A DNA stretch of 64,000 nucleotides from an uncultured delta proteobacterium (GCA_963727625.1 CAVSHR010000012.1:288001-352000); one strand, 5' to 3'. Shown: positions 9,336 through 20,876, counted from the stretch's first letter. Numbers and translations: made by a program. Notes: a model not told the origin generated them from the letters alone.

Positions 9336-11336
9336 TCACATTACCCTTGTTGCCTCTTTTGTTCTTTTCCAAAGCTCCAAAAGCAACAATGCCGCTCCGT
9401 CGAAGGCGACGATATATCTCCCCGCCTCAAAGACCGCTAACCGCCAATCCAACTGGGATTCGACCTCCACCTTCGGCACGACCGTGAAGATATGATTTTC
9501 CCGTGCCATGAGATCCGAAACGGGTGTTGACTCACCGTCCTGGTAGAGTCGCAACTGTGGCCACTTCTGTGTCTCGTGGATCATGCCGCAGTCGTCGTCA
9601 CTGAATATCTCGCTGGCATGCACCCGGCGGTACTTTCCGATCCCCTTGATTGTCAGCATATCCAACTTATTGTTCCAAGTGAGTTCCACGGCACGCTTCA
9701 GGAGCGTGGCCAGGTCAATGTCATATTCGCCCAGATTCCATTCCTTGCGCCGGCGCTGCTCCATGAAGTCATGAATCCTGATACTTGGTAGCGATGTCCG
9801 GAAGCGGTTCAGCCGGCGGTACACATCAAGCCAGTGGGCGCTTTTCTTCCCAGCCGCACACCGCTCAAACGCGCCTTTGGCCTGTAAGTTCTTATCCGGA
9901 CATCCGACGCGCTCCGCAAAGTCGGCCAGAATAGCATCGATCTTCTCGCGCAGCTTGGAAATTAATTCCGGTTTCACGTTTCGGTCTTTCTGAACTGTTG
10001 CGATCAGATTCTCCCCCTGGGCTCTGACCGTTGTCATGCCACTTTCGGTAGTTACAAACCAAGGGTATGCACTTGCCGAAGGGTACCAGGCATAGACGCG
10101 CTCCTCGAAAGTGGCTCGATCAATCGCGGCCGGCAAAGTACTCATCCCCTGAAAGGCGTTGGGTGGGACCAGAACAATCGCCTTTCCTGGCCCATGACGA
10201 CCCACGCGGCCGAACCGCTGGAGGAACGAAGCCGCTTCCAAAGCCTCGAAGAAAAGATAATCGCAGCGAAAGTCCACCCCCACCTCGATGGCTGAGGTTC
10301 CGAGCGCCAAGAGTTTGCCTCTGGTGTCCCTTATAGCCCGGTGCGGAGCCCTCTGATGATCGCCAGCGAGTTCCGGGTAAAACCCGACTCCACCAGCCGA
10401 TCTTCCAGACGGATGGCGTTCAGAACCGAATTAACGATAACCACCGCCGGCAGGTAGTCCTCATCAGGGATGTCGCTACGCAACCTTTCGAGTTCAGGCC
10501 TAAGATCGACAATTAGAGAAAGGAGAATTTCAATCGGGTCCCCACCCGTAAGTTGGATCGGCTCGACCTCGACGGAATGGACCGCCGTGCGCGAGCACCC
10601 AGATGCAGAATACGTTTCGATATGCGAGTCAATTACCGTCGGACTGCTCGCCCGGTCCAACAGTAAGCGGACTTGCGGATGCGGTGTCGCGGAGAGCAAA
10701 ACTAACCGCCGGAAGATCCCAAACCCGCGGGCAAGTGCAACCATAGCAAGGGCATGGGCCAGCTCTACGCCCTGATAAAGGTGGAACTCATCCAGAATCA
10801 ACGTCTCGTAGCGCCTCAGCGCCTCAAAGGGCTCGGCGTGATACCGAAGCCCCAGGATAAGAAACAAAATATCGGGATTGGTAAAGATGATCTTGGGCTT
10901 GTCCGGATCGAAAAGCCGTCGCAACGTTTCACCCCGACTTTTGCAGTGCATCACATCCTGCCATTGATCCAGAAGGTTGCCGTCCACAGGAATCAGGACG
11001 TGATCTGCGCGGCTGTATAGCTCGGCTCGATCAGAGGCATGCCACATTTCCGGCAGCCACACGAGCGGCTCGATTCCGTCTTCCATCGCAAACTTCGCCA
11101 CAGCTCGCACCTGATCCCTCAAAAGCTCATTAGTGGGATATACCCCTACCGCCCCCTCGCGCCGCTTCAGTACCGGCAACATCGCCGCCCGCGTCTTGCC
11201 GGTTCCCGTCTTCGCCGCCAGCAATATTGTTGGGATGCTTCTCCCATCCCTCCCACATCGCCACTTGGTGCGGATAGAGTGGCGAATGCGACGCCGGATG
11301 ATCGATCAAGGCAAGGCGAAGGTCACTCACTCGCAT
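9336..11336 (-). CDS. cas3: Type I-D helicase Cas3' (no HD domain), two frameshifts as assembled
   Basis: LYPHQ, AKTGTGKT, YPTNEL, DEFH, LSAT, GTSAIEVGVD, QRFGRVGR helicase motifs. Confidence 0.9.
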
Positions 11337-11355
11337 TGGACAAACTCGCTCAATC

Positions 11356-12190
11356 TTACGAAATAGAAACGGTCACTTTACCGCCTCCAAGACTTTTCTG
11401 GCCTCCCAAAACTTCGACTTTATTCAAGGCGGTGCGAGAACCTCGTTCAGCAGAAAGAGCTGCCGTTTCGCATCATCAGGTTCCGTCCAATACTTGAGCC
11501 AAACGTCCACCTCAACCCCACCAATGGTCCGACATCGACCGAATGCCGCGCCTTGACGCTCCTGAAATATCAGGAGTTCGCCGCTGAAGACTGATCCTGG
11601 TTTCACTTGTTCCCCTGTAACAATGGCGCCTGGCGCTGCCGTCTGAGATTTACAATTATGCGAATCCGCGTCTGGTCAATGCGCCACTCACCGGGTAAGG
11701 GAAACAAGTTCGGAATGCGCAAATAACCTTCCAGACCTGTCGCTCCAAAAAAGTATGACGGTGGACATAGACCATTTTGTGAAACTTGGACTTTGTCATC
11801 CTCAACCCTAATCTCTGAATGTTCACGTCGGTAGCCTTTGGTAAAAAGATCCTGTTCTGCCTTCGAAGGACGTGGAGCCGGGATTGACGGCTTGAGTAAG
11901 TCGGTTTGATTGCCGATTAGTCCAAGGCTACCCGTCAAAACATCCTTCTTCTGAATAAAAAGTTGCTCCACCTGTTGCCGAAACGCACCTTTAAAAGATG
12001 ACGCAGGTATCACAGGCTGACCGTCTACGGTGAAAACCGGCTGTTTTTTCTCCGTCAGAGGAGAGGGTGTCCCTCCGACATGTAAAAAGGACCCATCGGC
12101 TACAACAATCTTAAGTGGTAAAAGAAAGACTTTCTGGTTACCCAATTCCTTGACATCTGGCAAGCTTGTTAACTTTTCGATGGCTGCCAT
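11356..12190 (-). CDS. Cas7-group RAMP (Csm3-like), frameshifted as assembled
   Basis: LHVGG, PVIPASSFKGAFR, FFGA; C-terminal G-loop LGGQKSLGGGKV read in another frame, stop at 11356. Confidence 0.82.
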
Positions 12191-12759
12191 TTTAGCACCT
12201 CCACAATTTGGGTGAGTGAATCGAGCTTACGCACGAAGAAGGCAATTTCGAGGAAATCTACGTGTTGTTCATAGAGTCCTTGAACGACTTGAAACAATGA
12301 CGTATGAGCTTGACGGTCTCGGTCGTTCTTCTCTTTGTGAATTTTGTAAAGAAAGAACTGCTCGACAGTGGTTCGATTGTGTCCCTCGATAACCCTTCCA
12401 TAGTCATCAAGTTCGTTCTTTGAGAGGTTGGAAAGGAGCGGACCGAAATTATTCAGCTGATCCACAAGGTTTCGGACTAATGGAGACTCGTTGTTAACAT
12501 GCGTCTTCAACCCCAAGAGCACTCGTTTGGCATCTTCCCAATGTCTTTTCTTCGTGTTGTCTCGCTCGCTATTGATACGAATAGCTATCGTCTTTTCTGC
12601 GGAATCTAAGATCGCGAAAGCCATAGCCTTATCATTCCGTCGTAAAGCTTCACGGAACTCCGACCACTTCTCCTTGTTTACGAGTTCTTGTGGCATCCAA
12701 AAGATCCGTCGGTCATTGAGTACCCGCCGAATTGCCGCCTCAAGGGGGTTAGCGGTCAT
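12169..12759 (-). CDS. Putative alpha-helical small subunit (Cas11/Csx26-like) of the type III module
   Basis: Charged, helical-looking ~196 aa protein overlapping both flanking RAMP genes; assignment is positional. Confidence 0.5.
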   Translation of the reverse strand: MTANPLEAAIRRVLNDRRIFWMPQELVNKEKWSEFREALRRNDKAMAFAILDSAEKTIAIRINSERDNTKKRHWEDAKRVLLGLKTHVNNESPLVRNLVDQLNNFGPLLSNLSKNELDDYGRVIEGHNRTTVEQFFLYKIHKEKNDRDRQAHTSLFQVVQGLYEQHVDFLEIAFFVRKLDSLTQIVEVLKWQPSKS

Positions 12760-13420
12760 AGGTATATTCCTCCCCAATCAAGAAATCCGGGCCGCTCAAA
12801 ATAGTATCAGCGAACAGCGCACGCTCATATCGTCCACCAACGCGGTTTGAGTCCGGTCGGAATAGATAGCTGTAGCAAGGCCGGACTAAATCTTGTGCCA
12901 GGTCGATCCCGAAAGCTGGAGCATCGGTTTCCCGCAGGTGTCCGCGTAGATACCCCACTCGCCGTATTGGCGCGACCTCTTCGACATAGTCAAGCGAGCA
13001 TTGCCCGAATCCCTTTGACCTCAGTGCTCCCAGCGTCACGGACCAGGGACCTTCGCCTAGTGAAAAGACAGTCTTGGCCTCTGGAGTGGCGGCGACATAT
13101 AAGTCCCCTTCGATCTGTGTTCGCCCTGTCGCCGGAATGAGGTGCTCTACGGTTAGTGGTAATTTGGCTGTCAGGAGGCACACATCGAACGGCGCATATG
13201 TGAAAATTTCCTTGCGGTAACTTGCCGGTTGGAAAAAGCCGATAGCGACGGTTTCTTTCAGACCAAAATGTTCATAGAAACAGCCCATTAGAGTCGAAGT
13301 CGGCAAGGTTTCCACACAGGGACGAAACGTTCCTTTTTTAACACGTTCTCCAATCACCACAGCTTGAGTAGTGAGTCGCAGACGGATGAACGTAGGTAAC
13401 GGAGTGCGAGCATTAGGCAT
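12749..13420 (-). CDS. Cas5-group RAMP of the type III module
   Basis: LPTSTLMG N-terminal RAMP motif and LGALRSKGFG G-loop mid-protein. Confidence 0.72.
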   Translation of the reverse strand: MPNARTPLPTFIRLRLTTQAVVIGERVKKGTFRPCVETLPTSTLMGCFYEHFGLKETVAIGFFQPASYRKEIFTYAPFDVCLLTAKLPLTVEHLIPATGRTQIEGDLYVAATPEAKTVFSLGEGPWSVTLGALRSKGFGQCSLDYVEEVAPIRRVGYLRGHLRETDAPAFGIDLAQDLVRPCYSYLFRPDSNRVGGRYERALFADTILSGPDFLIGEEYTYDR

Positions 13421-15466
13421 GGAGCACTCCACCACGCTGCATATTGGTGCCAACCAGGCGATAAAAGTCTAAGACCTGACGAGGCTGAGTCGGTGAAACA
13501 CCATTAGTTCGTGAATCTGTGGAAAACGCCGTCGTTGTTCCAATGCCTGAACCAGTGCGGTCATCTCTCCGCCCTGCGCTTCGATGTCTGCAAGACGATG
13601 GAGAAAATGACTAAGCCGCTCACCAGTAAGTTTGTTCCTAAGAATCATATAGTGGTCGATAGTTAGGGCCACTTGGCGGATTCCCGGCTGTTGAATGCAG
13701 ATCACAGTACCGGGCTGCTGTAGCTCTAAGAAGAAGCTCCAGTGCTCATGGTAGGGATACTTGGGATTTCCCAAGCTCACGGAGATACGGATCGGACAGT
13801 CCGCGACGCATTCAGGAAAGTGAGACCGTAAAAGCTGGACGAAGCGGTCCAAGACCGCTCCCAGCGTCTCAGAGCTATCTAAACGAATGATTCCCAGTTC
13901 GAGGTATCCTGAGATGGGGAAGAGCAGGGTTTCGCCCAACTTCAGCAGCGAGGTCCCGCCACTGTCCATCAGGTTCTCCAGAAAATGTCTGAACTCTTGG
14001 AGAAACTCCTTATACTCCTTCACGAATTCCATCTCGGCCGCTAAGGGACGGAAGCCATCCTTGAGGTGCTGTTTATCCTCGGGCGTTACGTCGTCCATTC
14101 CCGGGCCTGTGTCTACATAAGCCTCGAAAAGGCGCTGCAGACTAGAGAGCAGAAGTCTTTGATCAAGCGAAACCTTCAGCCATGCCGCCGCAGGGAATCC
14201 CGTCTCTTCCCAGCGAGCATAAGTGCTGGCTGGCTCGCCTAGTAATCGTATCTCTCGACAGGACTCACACAGCCATTCCCTCACCTGATCTTTGAGGAAC
14301 TCCCACCCCTGACGTTGCTGGCACAGGTCGCAGAGTGGAGGCTCAAGTAAGGGCTCCAAGTCCGGAGAAACGGCAATATGCTTCAACTTGAGATACCGTC
14401 CACCATCCGTGGGCTCTCCCGGAAATTTGTTCTGAAGCTGGTTCCGCACCCGCTCACCGGTGCTCGTTAGGAGGTTAAGTTCGGCTTCCAGCTCTTCACA
14501 CTCGATCCAAAAGCCTTTTTCCCATAGGGGGCGTAACACCTCTCGCAGGGCCAGGTGATTCTCTCGGGCAGAAAGAAACAGACGAAATCGTCCGTGTGGA
14601 AAAGAACCGCGTATGGCTGACGCTCGGCGTCACCGTACGTTCGTTGGCCAGTTATGATTTCATCAATTTGCCGGTGCCGCAGTTCCAGGACATTGAGATC
14701 TTGAAGTCGAACAAGAGATTGGGGAAATCGAACAAGACACTTGATGATACGGAAGACCCATTTGCCATGCACTGTTTCTTGCTTTGTGCCAAGTAATCCA
14801 CCAACAGCCTCGCGAAGTGTGGCAACAGACTGTTGATCGTAGACGAGGTAGGGCGTCCCAGTGTCGGCGTGACCCATGGAGATATACTGGTTGACGACAC
14901 GAAAGATCTTTCCCGAGAGTTCTAGATGAACTCGGAGCGGAATGAAATTGCTCGGTGGTGATTTATCTTCTGGTGTGAGACGCAACTCGTGGTGAAAGCG
15001 TGCGAAAAAATCGGACGGTGAGGTGTACTGATCGAAGGACAGCATCATCCCTCTCAAATCATTCGTTGTCTTGAACGCTGCCCAGTTGAGCCCTTTCTGT
15101 TGTTCCTGAGGGAAGAATTGCGGTCGCCAGAGGAGATGTACACCTTCGCCTCTTATTTTCGGCCCTTTCACCTCGATCCGACTAACCGATGCTGCAGTGC
15201 CATCAGCGATCTTCGTTAGAAGGATCAGGGCCTTTTGTTCCGTAGTTGCGGTACATTGCAAGCTATAAAAGGGCTGGTCAGGTTTAAGCTGATCAGACCA
15301 AACAGCCCACCAACTTGAAGCAGATGGTGGTGAAACGCCAAGTGCAGTCGAGTCTATGTCATGGACCGTCTGGCGTTTCGACATTTGGCCAGATGTTCGG
15401 TAGACATTCCACGTCCATCAGCTTACCGATGTCATGAAGCTCAGCGACAAATGGCAAGTCGGTCAT
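13413..15466 (-). CDS. cas10: Divergent type III Cas10 large subunit (HD motif, Zn finger, no GGDD), frameshifted as assembled
   Basis: Start MTDLPFVAELHDIGKL (not in ORF track), PEDKSPPSNFIPLRVHL, LCDLC...LCESC, IRISVSLG..KYP; about 685 codons. Confidence 0.78.
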
Positions 15467-16245
15467 TAGGCTTTGCTCCTTCGACGTTTAGGCCTCTCTG
15501 GCGCCTCCCATAGCTTTGAGTCGGGTAACTGTCCTGTATCTGTGAACCTTCTCGGGACATGTACCCGGTGCTCACCAGCGAACACGAACCAGTCCTTCTG
15601 GATCTCAGCGACACGAAAGATCAGGTGTGGGGGAATAGGCAGCGGGTCGTACGAGACGATCTCTCCCTGGACGTCTAGCGGGTTAACCGCGTGAGTGGGG
15701 CGAATTACGTGATCGGTAAAGACAGCCACTGCTCCCGTGATCTCCTGCCAGTCGAGGCGGATCGGGCAGCCTTTCTTACCAAGTCTCACGACGGAAGGTG
15801 GCCGGAATGAGCCTCGGGTAAAGAGGTAGAAGCTAAAACCGGGCAGGTCACCAGCGGCCGCACCGTCGTGCCACACAGGATCGAGAACGAGGCGCCATCC
15901 CAGCGCCGGGCTATTGCTCCCGCGGGGAGCGTCGTCAGTTCTAAGAGTGCGTGAGTTAATGGCGTTTTGGGTGAGACGGGTTCGAGCCGATAGCGTTTGC
16001 GGCCGAGCCGGAGTGGCGTAGGCTTGCATGGCATTAAGGTCCTCTGCGTAACGCGGCGTACTCCCTGTATAGATTCCATACGAATAACCGCAGAGTGCGT
16101 AACTCAGGGCGTAGTTGTGAATCAACGGCAGGGTGGCGGCGGTCTTTGAGATCTCAAATGACGAAAACCACAGGTAATCGTGGTTATAAAGACGGCCCGC
16201 GTAGAGCCGAATTCCCTGAGCGCTGAGGTCAACAGTATCGCTCAT
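15466..16245 (-). CDS. csc1: Type I-D Cas5 (Csc1)
   Basis: IHNYALSYAL, YATPA, VRLGKK, VNPLD motifs. Confidence 0.9.
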   Translation of the reverse strand: MSDTVDLSAQGIRLYAGRLYNHDYLWFSSFEISKTAATLPLIHNYALSYALCGYSYGIYTGSTPRYAEDLNAMQAYATPARPQTLSARTRLTQNAINSRTLRTDDAPRGSNSPALGWRLVLDPVWHDGAAAGDLPGFSFYLFTRGSFRPPSVVRLGKKGCPIRLDWQEITGAVAVFTDHVIRPTHAVNPLDVQGEIVSYDPLPIPPHLIFRVAEIQKDWFVFAGEHRVHVPRRFTDTGQLPDSKLWEAPERPKRRRSKA

Positions 16246-17201
16246 GATGCACTCAAAACTTTCTCCCCTTGGGCTCTACGATACTCGGTAATGTCGTTGT
16301 ATGCCTTGTCGAGGAAAGCCCGATCAAGAGGCGTTTGAGCGCACTCATGGACTAGAGTGTCTACTTCGGCAGGTTCGAGTACCAAAAGGCGATCGGATTC
16401 CCGGCGAGCTCTTTGTATTTTTGCTCTAGAAGCTTCTTCAGAGCTGCGGAGTCCAAACCGTCTTTCTGGTCGTAAAGTTCAAGCGTTAATTCCAGAGGCG
16501 TGATCATTTCCTCCCATCCGGCAATAACACCAAAAAATGTATTCCGGCAGTCGCCGCCGATGCGTGATTCGGCACCATAGCTCTTGCAAGCCAGCAGGGT
16601 TTTCACCGTAAGAACCAATTCTTCTTGCGTTACCCCCTTCAGGGTCACAATGGAAGGAAAAAGGCTTGCGGGTTTGACGACATTTCGACTACCCAACGCC
16701 TGACCGGTTGTCTGGTCCAATTCGCTGACAGCGTTAAAGGTAATCTCTTCCGAGATCTGATCGAATGGAAGGAGAGAGAAGGCGGTCGAATATTCGATCC
16801 TGTGTTTGATGTTCGCTTCTTGGCTAAGCGCGGTCGCGCCGTACAGTCCGCAGCGCGGACACCGGAGACAAAGATTGTCCTTCAGATAGCACCCTTCGCC
16901 GTTCTTTCCGGATGGAATCTCCTTCCCAGTAGCAGCCGTGGCGGACCGAAGCAGGTATTCCATTTCGCGGGATTCGGCGGCTTTCTGTTTGGAGCCAAGA
17001 AAAGCAACCCGCTTCGCTGTCGTACCCCGATCCGCCTCGGAAAGGGGCGTGTTGACAGAATTCAGCTCCGCGTTTCTTCCGTCCTCAGCACGGTATAGTC
17101 GAGGATTCCCATAAGAGAATAAGCTGGACGGTTTCAGCTCCAATCAGCGGCCGTGGCCTGTCGATCAAGTAATTCTTCAGCTTCTCTGCCACAATGGTCA
17201 T
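16242..17201 (-). CDS. csc2: Type I-D Cas7 (Csc2), frameshifted as assembled
   Basis: SKQKAAESR, CLRCPRCGLYG, FPSIVTL, YGAESR motifs; ATG at 17201 after GAGGAGG; ATGA overlap with csc1. Confidence 0.88.
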
Positions 17202-17809
17202 TTAGTCCTCCTCGTCAGTAGTGACACCCTGTGACTCCCAGAACACAGTAACGTCCTGCTGCTTCGCCGTAGCCTTCTTGCTCTTCGATCCCTCAGCTTT
17301 CCGCGGAAGGTAAAGGTCATCAAAAGCAACGATTTGCTCCCCCCCCCAGGTCTCCGAAAGCTTCGCCTCGGTATCGTACTTGTTACGAACAAATCCTATC
17401 CATGCCTGGCGTCGCATCTCCTTTGATTCGAGCTCCGTTTACGAAGGTCGTAATAGAGCCCGTAGTCAAGCCGGTCGAGCAGGCGATCATGCGCCGTGAT
17501 GGGAACTTCGGTGAGTAAATTGACTATCCGGTCGATTCCCTCTTCGAGTGCTTGAAGTCCTGCCGGAGTCGGGCCCTGTTGTCGCTTCGTGGACACGGAC
17601 GGCGTAACCTTTGAGAGAGGCGGGATCGCGCCGCCTCTTCACTTCACTCAGGATCTTTCCAACCGGTCCCATAAGGCCATGCTTCGAGCAGTTGACTTCC
17701 GAGGCACTTCATCGAGGTAGCGAGTCAACGCCTCTCGCGCTGAGTCGATTTTGGGTTGGACGGTCTCGATATCAAAAGGCTTGGTCTGGACGGTAATGGG
17801 AACTCTCAC
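17202..17809 (-). CDS. Putative stand-alone small subunit Cas11d, frameshifted as assembled
   Basis: AAGGAGGT RBS then GTG overlapping the cas10d TGA; helical protein ..SLKGYAVRVHE..LLDRLDYGLYY; positional assignment. Confidence 0.55.
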
Positions 17810-20458
17810 GGGCGCACCTCCTTTTCCCGGGCTCTGTGAAAGGCTGGCAACTGCTCGATTAAACTAATCTAACGCGGCGTAAGTGATGTGTCGCCTTTTT
17901 CCTCAATACGACGGGCGAGCTTTTCCGGAGGGTCCATCGTAAGAATCTGATAAAGAGCGGAGCGAGCGGGCAGACCGGTATCTCGCACCAACAGGCTTGC
18001 CGCGCCGATCGCGGAGAGCCAACGTTTTGCCTCACCGATGGGCAGCCAGTCGTAGCCCACAAGAGAGCGGACCGCCGGGATCGGAGGCACGTAGGCTGCC
18101 CCTAGTCCGCCTCGGAAGTCCACTGGTTCATCCGTCTTGTGAATCGCCACAGAGGCGTCAAAGACAAGGCTCAGGAGCAAGGCGACATGGAGCCGCCGCA
18201 GCCCTCGGCTCGTTCCGATTCGTCGTTACCGGACGCGATTTCGTAACTAAGCGGGATGAAGATCAAGTTAGGAGTCTCGCAAATTAGATGTATCGTTTCA
18301 TAGAGGCGGAAGACCTCCCGACGAATCGCCCTGAACTCCTGCTGATTAATTCGATTTGCGATGAGGGCCTCAACAGCATCGTCCCATGTCCCGAAGGATT
18401 GACCAGTAGCAAGATTAAGGGCTTCGAAGTCGTTATCGAACTCCTCTTTAAGCCGTCTCATCGCCTCTCGTCGTCTTTTCTGCTGGGTGTCGGCGGTAAA
18501 CCGGTAACTGAAGAGCGAGAGCAGTTCCTCGGGCTTTAAAGAAAAGGGGTCACGCTCCTTTAAGTGACGGGCTGCTTGATCAGTGAAACCGAGCGAAAAT
18601 CCGAACTCCAGGTTGCCGGTTTCACCTCGCATCTGCCCTTTGGCTGCCTCCACCCATCCCTGGACTTTGCTGACCAACTGCTCCCCTTTCCCTGGCCCCA
18701 GGTTGAGTCGGGGTAAAAGCGTGATCATTTCCGCCGGACGACTCCCGAGAAGTATCTGGAGGAGGAGCCGCTCGTAGTAGCAAGTGACACAGACCATGAT
18801 GTAACCGAAGGAGCCATGCGCTATCCGCGGTTAGTGTGCGTCTGTGGATTCTCGATGAAGTCGGCCGAGGCTTTGATTCCATCATTATGATCGAAAGAAG
18901 CGTTACAGATCGGACACAGGTAAATTCCCTTCGCGCTCTCTTTTCCAGCAAAGGGCTTTGACTCTGTGTAGTGGCTTAGTTGCTGTTGAGCAATAGCTTG
19001 AACATTACCACCGTCTGTGGGCTTGAGGAGATCCTTGGATGAATGCTGTGGCCATGTCCTGAGATAACTTATCTCTCGGCGATGGTCGGTTAATTGCTAA
19101 ATAGACCTTCTGGACGATAGCATCGAGTAGCTCAATCAATACCTGCACGCGAATCTCGTTTGGAAGCTCTGCGACCTTCGTAACTTGAGAGTGGCCTACC
19201 GCCGCACCTGGCAGCGCCCAGAAGTAGTCGATAGTCTTTCGCATGTCCTTGGCTGGCATGATGGTGGATGTGGACTGGAGCGCAGCCCAACTGCCAGACC
19301 CGAAGTTTTCCTCGTAGAGCTTCTTGGCTAGGACAGCGCCATCCTCACCAACAACCTCGACCTTGTCCGGGTCAACATGGCCTTGAAAAACTTGAAGACG
19401 AGCATCTCGGGCTGGGCTACGGAGATACGAGCCGCTTCTTCCTCAACCTGTGCATCCGTGGATTTGGTGGTTCGACCCTGGAGTTTCCAGTAGTCCTCAA
19501 CCACTTTGCGTTTTGCCGGCAGCTTCTTCTTGGCGAAGCTTTGCGGACTGATTTTGCTTGCGGCACTGCGGAGGTACTGCCGGGATTCGCTGAAAGCGAA
19601 GAGATCCGGCTTTGGTAGGATGTTGCCCGTAGGGCTTCGAACCATCAGTGGGGACATATCCCTTCTGATGGCCCGGTCAATTACCATCTTGAGGCTGTCC
19701 CCAATCTCCTCCGCCGTGGGCATATTATGGTGATCGCTGGGGTCGGCTGCATATAAAGTGGCGTTGGAGAAATAGAGGGAGAGGCTTCCACCCTTGTTGC
19801 TGGAAAGTGCTTCGGGCGGCGTGGTGAAGGAATGCCGTCGAGACGCCCCGCACTATGGTTTCGTGAGCTGCTACGATGAGATGTCGACCCAGCGCGGGAT
19901 CATTTTTCAACACGTCCTCGGCATCGGCAACCGTAGCAGCGGAACAGAACTGGTCAATAGCTTTGACCAAATAGGCCAGTGTGAGAAAGCGATCCGACCC
20001 GCCACTAAGCATCGCTTCGAAGATCTCCCCGTCACTTCTTCCTGGCCGGTTGTAGTAGAGTTCACGCAGTGCGCCATGATCCGCTCAACCGCTTCACCTT
20101 GTTTCGAAAATCCTAATGTCGCACAAACCTCCGGTATCACTGCTCTGGTCAACTCGGGAAGAATGTCCGGCACCCAACGGTCCGGCCGGGGGTCCCGGAT
20201 GTAGACCTGCCAAGCGTCAGTTTCTTTACCGATATCGTGGGCGAGCACGGCGATTACCAGGACTGCTTCTTCGTTTTCACTTAGGCTATAGTGTCGCGGG
20301 CTTCCCAGGATCGGCAGAAGCTCAAGGAGAACGTCAAGCTCAATCAGGCTGTGCTCAAAGAGGCTCTGTTCGTAGCCACGGCGCTTGGCGAGTTTCTCTT
20401 TCCAGCCACGCGCCTGCATCCACGCTGCCGCTTTAGTCATGATTTCCTGTCGATCCAT
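17806..20458 (-). CDS. csc3: Type I-D large subunit Cas10d (Csc3) with N-terminal HD nuclease, many frameshifts as assembled
   Basis: QSLFEHSL...AHDIGKE HD motif, HETIVRGVSTAFLH, Zn-finger CxxC pieces (VCPIC, VCVTCYYE); upstream of csc2 and csc1. Confidence 0.8.
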
Positions 20459-20482
20459 TTTCCACACCCAAGAAAAGGCTGC

Positions 20483-20866
20483 TTAACGTAAGGACTTTTT
20501 AAACCGGACGGTCTTAGCCGGCTTTGCTGCCACGTTCCAAGTAACCTTCCAGGCGACTTGCAGCTTTATGGAGCCTGGAAAGTTCATCCTTTGTAACTCT
20601 TGCACTCCCTCCTTTAACTTGAACCAGCATAATCGTAAGCTCATCGGGAGATCGGTTGTCGCGCTTGACCGCGACAAGGTCAACGACACCTTTGTATTCG
20701 AAACCCATTCGGCTATCGAAGGAAGCAACTTTCATCCCGCCTTACCAAGAGCATACTTCGCAAACGACTTGGCGTTTCGAGCCGTAGCATGAGCCTTTGC
20801 GCTCGCCCGGCGCCACTTCCTAGTAATCGCCGCTCGTTCTGCCGGCGTCAATCTGATCACTTTCAT
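20483..20866 (-). CDS. Small PD-(D/E)XK-like nuclease (Hjc-like), frameshifted as assembled
   Basis: GVVDLVAVK...LVQVKGG motif; reconstructed start MKVIRLTPAER. Confidence 0.55.
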
Positions 20867-20876
20867 GTACCACCCT

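Noticed and set aside
13413-15466. Classification as signalling type III-A/B/D
   Set aside because: No GGDD, only one Cas7-group gene and no CARF effector are visible.
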